DNA of 63,380 nt, the filler included, from Choristocarpus tenellus KU-1152 (lineage: Eukaryota > Protista > Phaeophyceae), in NCBI GenBank assembly GCA_964200185.2. It is 5 parts of 5 records of this genome, joined end to end, with 100 filler letters (N's around TTAATTAATTAA, not from the genome) between each part and the next. Parts side by side here need not be neighbours in the genome. Positions count along the whole stretch, not along the records: positions 1 to 22,676 come from CAXNAD020000281.1; 4 more parts are not named here. The stretch is one strand, 5' to 3'. Below are positions 1 to 12,100 of this stretch, one piece after another (the stretch's first letter is position 1; each line of letters opens with the position of its first letter). The notes beneath the pieces were generated by a model. It was not told the origin of the DNA. It saw only the letters and a program-made list of their open reading frames with translations, and ran no database searches. The translations under genes were made by a program, and so were the position numbers.

Positions 1-3000
1 AATTGTACGCACGTCATTTAACAGGATTAGAACAAGGGCAATTGCTGATCTAGTCTCCACCAATCAGTGCAGTCATCGATGAAAGAGTATCAAAACAAAT
101 GATCTCGTATGAGGTGTGAGGTGGTCTTGTTGTGTCTCATGAATGAAATAGAATATAGAATGAACCCATTAAAGACTTCTTTGTACTACCTGGAGTATAC
201 AGTCATAGCTCATACCTCATCCTTCAATGTCAAACAATTAAGTCCTCTGCCATCTGCTGTGGTTCTTTTATGTACATCCGAAAAAATGGTGGTGGTAACT
301 AAATCCATCACATAGTCGGCATTCACAGTTCAAAGCAACCAGTAAAGCAGCCAAATGATGGGTACTTCCTTCAAGGACAAAACCAAGCAGCAATCAGCCA
401 ACATCAGCCAACAGGCACCCCTTCGTCATTGGCGGAGCCACCAAAGGCGACTATTGAAATGCCAAGGAAAACGGAAGAGCATGTCACCATACCCTCTCAA
501 GCATATATATGAACACATCAATCCAAGGATAATATTGGGGACACGCACAGGTTTCAAATGCAGGGCCCCTACCACACAGTGGAGCCTTCCCAGAGGGAGG
601 GGATGTGTAGGCCTCTCCAGCACCTATTGCACCCTTCAAGCCTACACCAGGTCTTAGTCATTCCTACGGCGGACCATCCACCACACCAAATGTATATTGT
701 AAGCAAGACCAGCAGCACCAGTGTTGTCGGACCAAAGCCGTGGACGCTCCACTCCTTAGGCCTACAAAGTATGGAGGTGAGCATTATGGACAGGAGTTGC
801 TCTTGAGGACACTCGAAACATGAAAAATACCCGCTGCTCTAGCCCGCCTTCATTCGGCCTCCATTTCAATGATGCGCGCACTCCTCGTTCAATGTGCTGT
901 TTTTGGTTTGAAATACTTTCAAAAGGTTTGAAACTGTCGGTCCTTAGGTGTAACCGATTATGGAGGTGTTGGCATTCCCTGGAGATAGAAAACTCAGGAG
1001 CTCGTGGCAGAAAACTGACGAATTCGCTCAAAGTTGACCCTCGTCTTAAGAGTGGATCATAATTTCCCTCCAACTCACCAGGTGTGGTTGCCTTGTTGTA
1101 GTAGTAGTGACTTGGTGTATAGTTGATTTCGTTGAGGCTTCCTACAGAGGAGTGGGAAGGTATTCATGATCCCAAATAGAGTAATCGGGGTGCTAGGGTG
1201 AAGCGTTATATGTCGTGTGAGGGTACGCCGGCAAGGTGCAGGATCTATCGCGCGTTTTCCTTGGAGGGTTATCGCAAGGGTTGTCGGTACACAAATTTAA
1301 GACCCCCCACATCAAATCATGATTTGTTCAAATCTGCTACAAATTCCTCCGAAAGGTTAGCATAGAAATTGAACAATTTGTAGGGAACCCCAGCGTCGGA
1401 TATTGTGCGCAATCCTCCCCAGGCTATTACTTTGCAATTTTCGTTGTACATGGGAATAGAGGAAGGGTGTGACAGGTCGATTCTGAAACCCAGTCGAAAC
1501 TCAAAATCATCCACGGAGCACATTCGAAAATTCGAAAATGGGTTTAGGGCAAAAAATGCGGTAAGTCGATGTTTGAGCTTAGCTAAGAAATTGGTGGGAG
1601 AGTCAAGCAAAGTCGCACTGCAGCCCCCTTTCCCAGAGTATCTATACGGTCGCTCACCCCTTTGTGACCCTGGTACATATTTTGTGGGGGGTGCCTGATT
1701 GCTGATGTGTTGGAAGCTTCACAATTTCTTGATCATGCACCTGTGCCTACCCTCAGATACATGAATTATTTCTTGAGGGTGGGATATATATCGTATTCCT
1801 ACACATTCAGCTCCCATTTCCCCAACTCTGCTGTTCGCGCTTCATGCCAAGGGATCCCTGAAGTCTTGGACATGGGATTCCGACATTTCCCCTCCCTACC
1901 AAGTTGTCCTTTTGCTCACAATTCATAAGTCCGATTTGGATCCACCAATAATACAGACTCCTCTTGTACCCCTGCAGGACGGCAAGTTCTATACCAACAG
2001 GCCATTCACCGACTGGGATTGACTTCTTGTGGAGATAGTCACCACCCTATAGTACACACATGTGAGTGAGGCCAATCCATACCCACCACTTGGTTTGGGA
2101 TGATCAGCAAGAGTATGTCCCTTGATTTCTGGAACAGGGAGTTTCATTGGAGCTGTGGCACACTTTGACCATGGGATGACCCCTCACCTCTCCCACTACA
2201 TAAAATGAAATGGATCAACTTGAAGCAGTTTGCAAGTTATGATGCCATGCCGCACAAAGCACACATTGCTACTTCTCTGTCCCCTCCCTGACTGCTGCTC
2301 CCCTTTGATGATAACATGTTTGGCTCCATTTGGCTCTATACAGGGCTCGTACACGCCCACTTAGGTGGGACACAGAGAATATCGGAAATATCCTTGTGAA
2401 TGAGGAAGGCCTGTCATCATCAGTGGCTACTGTGACAACAGGAAAGAGGAAGAGGAGTCATTCATCCCTTTCAACATTTTGGACCAGAGGGAAAAGGAGA
2501 CTGCTGGAGGGGCAGAGGGAGACAGTATTGGTCCCTGCCAACCCTACTACAACAGGAAAGAGGAAGAGGAGTTCTTCATCCCTCTCAACATTTTGGAGCC
2601 ATGGGAAAAGGAGAGTGCTGGAGGGGCAGAGGGAGACAGCAGTAATTGCTGCTGACTCTATTGCAGTCCAGGACCAACATGAACCGGTAGCTGATGCTAA
2701 CATTGGAGGGATGGGGAACAAGGGCTCTACCTCTTGCAGCCCTAGCCAGTGTCTCACCAGAAAAGTGAGTGCCGTTGTGAGCTCTCTCACAGTAACACAT
2801 TGCATGCCTTTCATATTTCTCAGGCTGCAATGATTTTGGAGTTGTTATATCTTACTCCACATTTTGGATTGTCCGCTTGTTCTTCTTCAGATACATTTCA
2901 TCTGCCTTCAATTCCTTCTCAACCATGCCTCATATTCTGGAACAATTTCCTGTGTGATACATTCCATACATCCTTTGCTTCTTGAAAGCATCTGACATAT

Positions 3001-6000
3001 AGTTCTCCATCTTATCACACAAGCCCTTGAATCCAGAGAGACCAGTTGTCTGGGTGACCAAAGTACTAGCCAACTCCTCTGATTCATTCTCTGTTATTGA
3101 CAAATGTACTAATATATCTCATTGGTATATTGACATAGATGATCTCTATCCCAATCTTGGTCTGGAGGAGTTTGAAGCAACTCGAATGTGACACAATTAC
3201 TACTTTCAGATGTATTGGGTTCAATTTGAACAACAGGAAACACCCTGCACCCTTGTGTAAAGGTTTCGATTGATGAGACTGCCCTGTCCAGTGGGGAGCG
3301 GTCAAGCTTGCCTGGCACTGGGAGTGACAGCCCCAGCCATGTTGCTCTGGCCAATGCAGTAGTAGCCTGGCAGGGTGAGGATGTAACTGCAAGACAAGAC
3401 GGTTTGACAAATGAGGGCATCAGGGGTGATGGTGTTGATGAGGCAGGTGTTGTGAGCAATGGAGTTGATGGAGCTGTTCCAGGGAGTGGCATGAGGATTG
3501 AGGAGGCAGGTGGTGATGAAGCAGGTGGTGTTAGCAATGGAGTAGCTGGTGGGTCTGGTGCAGGTGGTGGAGGGGGGGGGGGCAGCAGTGTGGGGCTTGC
3601 CCTAACACTAGCAGGAGGGAATGAAATTTCTGAGGAAGATCAGGCTGGTGGAGGTCCATTTGTCGGTGTGATGGACTTCTACCCAATGTTCCAGAACAAC
3701 GCCTTTCCAATGTTCTACGAGAACTTCTCTGCTCACTGAGTATGTGGACAGAGATTATATGCAGGGTGGGAGGGCAACCAGTGAAATCTTCTATGGGGAG
3801 ATGGGTTGCAGTACTGCAGTGGTCAACAAGGTCAGGTCCCTACCCTGTGGGCTAGATATTATGGCTTTGGTGTGGTCTTTGATTGAATCATTTTGAGGTT
3901 CAAGTTTGTTGTGTGTGTGCTGCAGTACTGGTATGGAGAACAGCATGTGACCTTTTGCACATAGCCGTACCTTGTACAGGTAGAAAAAAATATTCCATGA
4001 GAATAATAATATAGAAATGCATGCATTATGTTGGGGGACTAGTCTCAAGGAGGGGGTGTACATCAGAGGGGTAGGGAAATTTGTCAAGGATCTTGCAGCA
4101 GGGGTGTGTGTGGGGCTGCAATGGCAGGGTTGGTACCATATGAAGAAGATGGGATATCCACTTGACCAAAATGAGAGGGGTGTGACTTTTGTTTGTGAGA
4201 ATACTGGAAAGTGATTGGCATGCAGCAGTAAAAGCTAATGCTACCCAGTGACCTACATCACATATTTGAGTAGAAAAGGGGTGGTGGAGGGTACTCAGAT
4301 TTGGAGGGAAATCACAGTATGGCATATGGAAATCGGGAGGGTCAAAGGGGGGGACAACACAAGGGTTAGATATATCTCACTGGTGCTTTATATCCAGTTT
4401 ATGGTACAACATTGAGGGAACCTGCTTTGGGGCCTGGGGTGATGGTGGGGAAGCCAACCCTTGATGCAAGGTTGCTCAAGGCTTCTCCTCTCAATTAGGT
4501 GGTCAATCTGGTTGGGTCAGTAGTTGTGACAGAGTGATGTGACAGGACAAATCATAATGGTGGCATGATCGTTGATGATGAGGGTTAGGGAAAGGTATAG
4601 GGCTAGTACCAAATTTGAACAGGTGTGTGATGGCCAGATCTAGTGGATGAAAATGATAGCTGTAAGGAAGGCAAGACCAGCGTAGTCTTGGTATTGATAC
4701 ATTCATGGAGCACTCTACAACAGTCCACACCCATTGTCAGCACAAACCACTACCATGTCATGGCGGAGGGGGGGTGCAGGGTGTGGGCAGGGGAAGAGAT
4801 CCGTATGGTGCTTGATGTGAGGGACAAGAGGAGAATGAATATTCAAGAAGGATGGTGATACTGCTTTGGGCAGCAGTGAAGGATGTAGTGTGGCAGGGGG
4901 CTTCTCCAGCGGTGCATTATGGGTTCACTGGGGGCATGTGGTCCAAATTTGTGGAACACCTGGTTTTGAAGGGACTGACTGATTGAGGAAGAAGAGATGA
5001 CATCAACACAGGGAGTGCAGATTGAGAGTGGTGAGGATGGTAATGGTGGTGCAGGCTGTGAGAGTTGTATATGCCTTGACCCACTATGAACACTAGGCAA
5101 GGGTATCCGATGGTGAATAGGTGGGGAGATGAAGGTGTGTTTGCTTGGACCCAACCACCAGGAAGACCTTGCAATATATGTGGAAACCCCTACACATATG
5201 CTGCATGCGATATTGGTTATACCTTCAGGACTGCTGTGAGTCACCTTTTGGTGGATGGAGTCTGAATACCTCTAACAAGGCATTGGAAAAGGGCCATGCA
5301 ACACAGGGAATGACGTCAGTCAAGTGATGAGGTAGGTGTAGGCGGTGTGGAAATGCTTCGAGGCTTAATGCGGTTGGTAGTGGAGGATGTACAAACCATA
5401 ATACTCAGTAGAGAGTGTTTGAGTGAGGAAGGGTACAGTCACACTGGTAAGTGCGACTTGGAGATTGGGTGTTGTGTGATGATGTGGTGTGTGTGTGGGT
5501 GCAGAGTCCAGAAATTCACCCCTGAATCCTATGCTCCTTGTCCTGCTTCTCCATTCTTTTCATTGCAGTTGACCTAACCTTATGTGTTGGACAACCTGAA
5601 TCATTCACTGTCCTCTTACCAGGTGCAGTCTGTTGTCCTGTAGCAGACTGGTCTAGAGCAAGACAGCATCACACCAGTTCCAAAGAGCTCAATGACAGAG
5701 GAACATCAGAACCTTGACGGCATGGATGTACATTGCATCAAGGAAACATGGCTAGTAGCCTCACAACACCGATCACATGGAGGTGAATAGCAGTAATGAT
5801 GCAAAATTCTCTAGAGAATGTGTATGTGAACCCTATTAGTAACATGTTGGGGTGTATTTGGAGGGGTGATATAGAGGGAAGTATACTCCTTGATGCAATG
5901 TTCTTATGTGCATGATATCACCCACAGATTTGAGTCTGGCTTGCTCTCACTACCCCTTATCATTGTATTTTTGTGCCACTTACATACTTGTCTCCTGCTG

Positions 6001-6989
6001 TCGTTTCTTCACAAGTGAAGGCCAGTGTGACAATCACCACATGCACACAGCTTCAGGGTATTGAATGCCAGACTACCAAATCCTGTTCAGGCTACTACAG
6101 GTGGTGCAAGGTGTTGGAAATGGCAATATGTTCCTATTCAGTCGACATGACTGACTGGACAGCTACTTTGGAGAACCCCTTCACTCCTATGCCAGGGCAG
6201 GTTGAGGACCGAAATCAGTGGTACATAGACTAGCAATGAAGAACTGAGAGCAAGCAAAGAGGCAAAGGACATCAAGGAGAGACAGACATACTACGTTTGG
6301 GTTGACTGCTGATTCATATTGATAGTCGGGGAGGGAGAGGGCAGGGTATGGGGCGTTTGGTGGTAGCATTGGCAATGGAGAAGGTACAGCCATTGTGACA
6401 ACAACGTCATAGTCGGAATGATAATTTCTAGTGTTAGTACTATCAACATATGGGTAGAGGGACTATCAAAACGTTTCTGGTAAGGCAAGGAGTTGCATGA
6501 CTAGCAGCCGTTTCCCCTTAGAGTGGTAAACGACCATCAGAGATCTTTGCTTGGACTATATTTATTTCCAACTGGATACAAGTTGCACTGCTAAGGTGAA
6601 GGTTGGGGCAAGTGATAGGGATGTTGTTGTGATTGGCCTGGAATAAGTCTGCACAGGTTCAGAGAGGGGCAGAGAAGCAGGTATGCTGAAGAATTCATTG
6701 TTTTGTGTGTAGGAGCACTAGGTACATGTAATGTATGCAACAAATATTGTAGACAAGTAGACTATATTTTTCTGGCGAGTAGACCCCACCAAACGGTTTG
6801 GAGTGTTCAATGATGAGGATTCATCACTCCTGGAAGCTATTTTCAACTTGCTTTGAAATGTACTCTATTGAACAATATTTGACACTAACCACAGAAAGGA
6901 ATTTCCTTGTCATGCACACTATTCCCACTAATGTTCTTGTTCACAAATATATTTTTGCATTTTCTTTACCATACCCTGCATTACACCAC
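1..6989. repeat. Copy 1 of a large (>=7 kb) direct repeat; left end runs off the window
   Basis: Aligns with 9200-16156. ORF translations recur at a constant offset of 9102 (3308/12410, 5347/14449). Homology stops after ...ccctgcattacaccac (6989 vs 16156). Confidence 0.95.
2344..3739 (+). CDS. Putative spliced ORF of unknown function inside repeat copy 1 (exons 2344-2764 and 3263-3739; basic KRKR repeats, Gly/Glu-rich tail); 5' part unresolved
   Basis: Acceptor tatacag|g at 2343, donor AAA|GTGAGT at 2765 and acceptor gtaaag|GTT at 3262 join two open frames in phase 0. No recognisable domain. Confidence 0.3.
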
Positions 6990-7280
6990 CCACCAGAAGA
7001 CTTATTACTTCCTGCACGGAAATTCGTCCACATCCTCCAAGTTTCCCAATACAATATTGTGTTGTCAATACATTATAGCACACAAATGATAAACATACAT
7101 GCGCATCACAATGTCATTGATTGGTTTGGTTTTGTATCAAAAACGGAGACAGAGACTGTAAGAGAGAGATAGCGAGAGGTCTAGATGCACAGCATCATTT
7201 TGGGATTGTGCTCTAGAGGTAGCTCTAGTTTCATTTTCCTGATTCCTATTCTACCACTACTAGTGAAGGTGCTTCTTTTG

Positions 7281-7460
7281 GACTCAAAGTATATTGGTTT
7301 GGTGGGGGAGGGTTACAACAGGGTGTCCGTTCAGGTCCTGACCAGGAGAATTGCACTTACATTATCCATCCAAATCATGCAACCAAGTCGCCCAATAATC
7401 GTGACATGGAAAAATGGGCACAAATGGACAGCCGTCACGACCCCCCAGCTGCTTTGAGCC
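7281..7460 (-). mobile_element. MITE-like non-autonomous element (~180 bp, imperfect TIRs ...CTCAAAG / CTTTGAG...)
   Basis: Its reverse complement aligns end to end with 52479-52660. Ends are gactcaaag and ctttgagcc. Confidence 0.65.
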
Positions 7461-8071
7461 TTTGCTCTACACTTGGAAAGTATTGGTGCACGTAGTTGTT
7501 GCACTCTTCCACATATTTGACAAATTTCACGGTGCAGAAGGATTATCCTAATCCTTGTTTGGTAATTGTGATCTGTACAATACTCTTCTTGTGAGGGAAA
7601 AGTATCAAATAAAGAGGCGCCTCTAAGCAACAAAAGGAGGCATACTGCATGTATAGCACATTAGATCGGAGTAGCCAGGTGGGAGACGGGCTGGTAAGTC
7701 AATGTGCGCAAGAACAGGTGAAGCAATGATCTTCCCTGAGTTGTTTTCTACGTTATGCATTCTTTCTACTTTGATTTAGTTTGGCAGGGGAGAGAAAATT
7801 TCGTATATGTTTACTCAACCACGATGCTATGCCTTTATGGGATATACCCAGGAATGGATCAGGATGGTGTATTTATCGCCAGTCTATTCTACACTATGAT
7901 TTGGTGCAGTTTGTGGTGTGGATCGCTGTTTTGTCCAAACCATAGACATTAGTCAAATATTGTAATGCCTGATATTTTCTTGAGGTTTTGATTTCATAAT
8001 TTGGATATTTTCTTTTTGAGTTGATCCAACCTGCTGTTTGCCTTACATACTACCTACTTCTACCTCTCGGT

Positions 8072-8376
8072 GGAAACATAATGGACAACTCGATCGCCTA
8101 GTGGACAAGGGGCTTATTATCATCATAGAGGTTTCATTTATCTCCTTCCTTGCAAAGCAAGAACCACTTCTCATCCATGTGCACGAAGTCGTCCATTTCG
8201 GGCAAGCTCTTGGTCTCTGAAATGGTGAAAGCTCTATAATATCTCAGGCCCCTCAGTGACACAGGGTGTTTTGCCCACTTTAGCCATTCTTACTTTCCCT
8301 GAACAGTAAGGAATGGCTTAACATAGGTTGAGCACGACGTATACCCAAGTTTGTCCATGGTGTTATGCAGTCTTGA
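8072..8376 (-). pseudogene. Decayed Tc1/mariner transposase fragment, plant-type DD39D (Soymar/Osmar-like) lineage
   Basis: One minus-strand frame reads SRLHNTMDKLGYTSCSTYVKPFLTVQGK*EWLKWAK...EMDDFVHMDEKWFLLCKEGDK*NLYDDNKP...IMF. It contains the KPxLT and VHxDEKWF hallmarks and in-frame stops. Confidence 0.85.
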
Positions 8377-9199
8377 CTGAGTGTTAATCTACTAGCAACG
8401 CAAACGTGCACGGGGTGTTGGGAATACAGCTTCAGTCTCGTCCCTGTGTGTACCTGTCAAAACTCCTTACGCAAAACAATCTATGCATCGACAAAGAATT
8501 CCAAATAGGTGATGTCTCGATCTCAACAGACATATCACTTTGTCTTCCATCAGCAATATTCCCAAGAGCTAGGATAGGCAGGTGCAGTTGTGGGTGTCAC
8601 CTCTTCCCTTTCCCTTCACGATGAAGAGATGGTCCTTTCCTATCCAAGTAATACTGTATTAGGTGTTGGTAGGGAGACTGGAGGGAGGAACTGGTTGAGG
8701 TATTGAGTCTCGGTTGACCACACAACAGGGTTGCATCTCCTCAACATCGATTGGAGAAATCTCCCATCCTCACAGGATATCCTTTCCAAATGCCGGACCA
8801 TATTGGAAAGAGAAGAGCAAGGGCGGAGGGCTGACCACAGTCTTCCGTTTTTTGTTGCTGGTTGATCTTGCAGAGCTGGAAAGGTGGGTGTGATTTACGC
8901 AAACAAGACTAGGAGGTGGGAAGGGTCATCATGATGGAGATTGCAGTATGACGATGATTGATAAGGTTGCAGAGACGTGGTCCTTGTGGATGTTTGGATA
9001 TTCTACAACTGAAACTGTAGTACATAATATCCAGAGTAGAGTTATAGATGAATTTTGGACAGTCTGAATTTGAACTAAAACATTTTCTATTTGAATGGTA
9101 TAAATGAATGTATGTAACACAACGAATGTACAGTAGTAGAATGTAGCTTCCAACAGGAATTTCCAGTCCTGACTTGATTTGAAAATACTATTTTCCTTC

Positions 9200-12100
9200 G
9201 ATCGTACGTACGATATTTCACAGGATTGGAACAAGGGCAATTGTTGATCTAGCCTCCACCAATCAGTGCAGTCATGGATAAAAGAGTATCGAAACAAATC
9301 ATCTCGTATGAGGTGTGAGGTGGTCTTGTTGTGTCTCATGAATGAAATAGAAGATAGAATGAACTACCTGGAACTACAGACTTCTTTGTACTACCTGGGA
9401 TATATAGTCATACCTCATACCTCATCCTTCAAAGTCAAACAATTAAGTCCTCTGCCATCTGCTGTGGTTTGTTTATGTACATTTGAAAAAATGATGGTGG
9501 TAACTAAATCCATCACATAGTCGACATCCACGGTTCAAAGCAAACAACTAAAGCAGCCAAATGATGGGTACTTCCTTCCAGCACAACACCAAGCATAAAT
9601 CAGCAAGCAACAGCCAACAGGCTCCCCTTCGTCGTAAGTGGAATCACCAAAGGCGACTATTGAAATGCCAAGGAAAACGAAAGAGCATGCCACCACACCC
9701 TCTCCACAGCATGGATTCGAGAAATCAATTCCAAAGACCATACTGGGCCCAGGCATAGGTCTCAAATGGAAGGTCTCTGCCACGCAGCCGAGCCATTCAC
9801 AGAGGGAGGAGACGTGTAGGCCTCTTCAGCATCTATGCAATCTTCAGGCCTATAGCAGGTCTTACTCATTCTTATGGTGGACGATCCACCACATCAAATG
9901 TATATTGTAAGCTGGACCAGCAGCGGCAGTGGTGTCGGACCAAAGCCGTGGACGCTCCACCACCGAGGTCTACGAAGTAAGGAGGTGAGCATTATGGACA
10001 GGAGTTGCTCTTGAGGACACTCGAAACACGAAGAATACCCACAGCTCTAGCGCTCGTTCATTGGGCCTCCATTTCAATGATGCGCGCACTCCTCGCTCAA
10101 TGTGCTGTTTTTGGTTTGAAATACTTTCAAAAGGTTTGAAACTGTCGGTCCATAGGTGTAACCGATTATGGAGGTGTTGGCATTCCCTGTAGATACAAAA
10201 CTTAGGAACTCGTGGCAGTAAGCAAAGCTGAAGTTTCGCTCAAAGTTGACCCACGTCTTCAGGGCAGATCAGAATTTTCCTACAAATCATCAGGTGTGCT
10301 TGCCTTCTTGTAGTAGTGGTGACTTTGCATAGTTGATTTCGTTGAGGCTTCCTACAGAGGGGTGGGAAGGTATCCATGATCCCAAATAGAGTAATCGGGG
10401 TGCTAGGGTGAAGCGTTATGTGCCGTGTGAGGGTATGGCGGCAAGGTGCAAGATCCATGGTGTGTCTTCCTTGGAGGGTTCACGCAAGGGCTATGGGTAC
10501 ACAATTTTGATGACCCACCACATCCAATCATGATTTGTTCAAATCTGCTTCAATTGTATATTCCTCCGATAGGTAGCATAGAAAAGGAACAATGTGTAGG
10601 GAACCCCGGCGTCAAGTATTGTGCACAACCCTCCCCTGGCTATTAGGATGGAATTTTCTTGATGCACCGCAGTAGAGTAAGGGTGTGGTAGGCGGATTCC
10701 GAACCCAGTCGTAAGTCGAATCATCTACGGAGTATATTCGAAAATTCGAAAATGGGTGTGGGGCAAAAAATGCGGGAAGTCGATGTTTGAGCTTAGCTAA
10801 GAAATTTGAGGGAGAGCCAAGTGATGTCGCACTGCAGCCCCCTTTCTCAGAGTATCTATACGGTCGCTCACCCCTTTATGACCCTGGTACATATTTTGTG
10901 GAGGCTGCATGATCGCTGATGTGTTGTTGGAAGCTTCACAATCTCTTGATCATGCACCTATACCTACCCCCCAGATACATGAATTATTTCTTGAGGGCGG
11001 GGTACATATCGTATTCCTACATATTCAGCTCCAATTTCCACAACTCTGCTGTTCGCGCTTCATGCCAAGGACTCCCTGAAGTCTTGGGCATTAGAGCCCC
11101 ACATTTTCCCTCCCTAACAAGGTGTCCCATTTGCTCACAATTCATCAGTCCGAGTTGGATCCACCAATAATACAGACCCCTCTTGTGTCCCTGCAGGACG
11201 GCAAGTTCCATCCCAACAGGCATTTCACCCACTGGGGTTGACTTCTCGTGCAGATAGTCACCACCCTATAGTACACAAATGTGAGTGAGGTCAACCCATA
11301 CCCTCCACTTGGTTTGGGATGATCAGCAAGAATATGTCCCTGATTTATGGAACAGGGAGTTTCACCGGTGTTGTGGCACACTTTGACCATAGGAGTCACC
11401 CCTCACCTCTTCCACAATATCAAATGAAATGGATCAACTTGAAGCAGTTTGCAAGTTAAGATGTGATGCCGCACAAAGCACATATTGCTACTTCTCCATC
11501 CTCTCCCTCACTGCTGCTCCCCTTTGATGATATATTTGACTCCACTTGGCTCCTTACAGGGTTCGTACACACCCACTTAGGTGGGACACAGAGAAAATCG
11601 GAAATATCCTTGTGGATGAGGAAGGCCTGTCATCATCAGTGGCTACTGTGACAACAGGAAAGAGGAAGAGGAGTCATTCGTCCCTCTCAACATTTTGGAC
11701 CAGAGGGAAAAAGAGACTGCTGGAGGGGCAGAGGGAGACAGCAGTAATTGCTGCTGACTCTATTGCAGTCCAGGACCAACATGAACCGGTAGCTGATGCT
11801 AACATTGGAGGGATGGGGAACAAGGGCTCTACCTCTTGCAGCCCTAGCCAATGTCTCACCAGAAAAGTGAGTGCCGTTGTGAGCTCTCTCACAGTAACAC
11901 ATTGCATGCCTTTCATATTTCTCAGGCTGCAATGATTTTGGAGTTGTTATATCTTACTCCACATTTTGGATTGTCCGCTTGTTCTTCTTCAGATACATTT
12001 CATCTGCCTTCAATTCCTTCTCAACCATGCCTCATATTCTGGAACAATTTCCTGTGTGATACATTCCATATATCCCTGACTTCTTGATGGCATCTGACAT

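Noticed and set aside
3780-5600. Strand-asymmetric stretch suggestive of a decayed LINE (for example FYLYKVR resembling an RNase H segment)
   Set aside because: No RT or endonuclease motif could be recovered in any frame.
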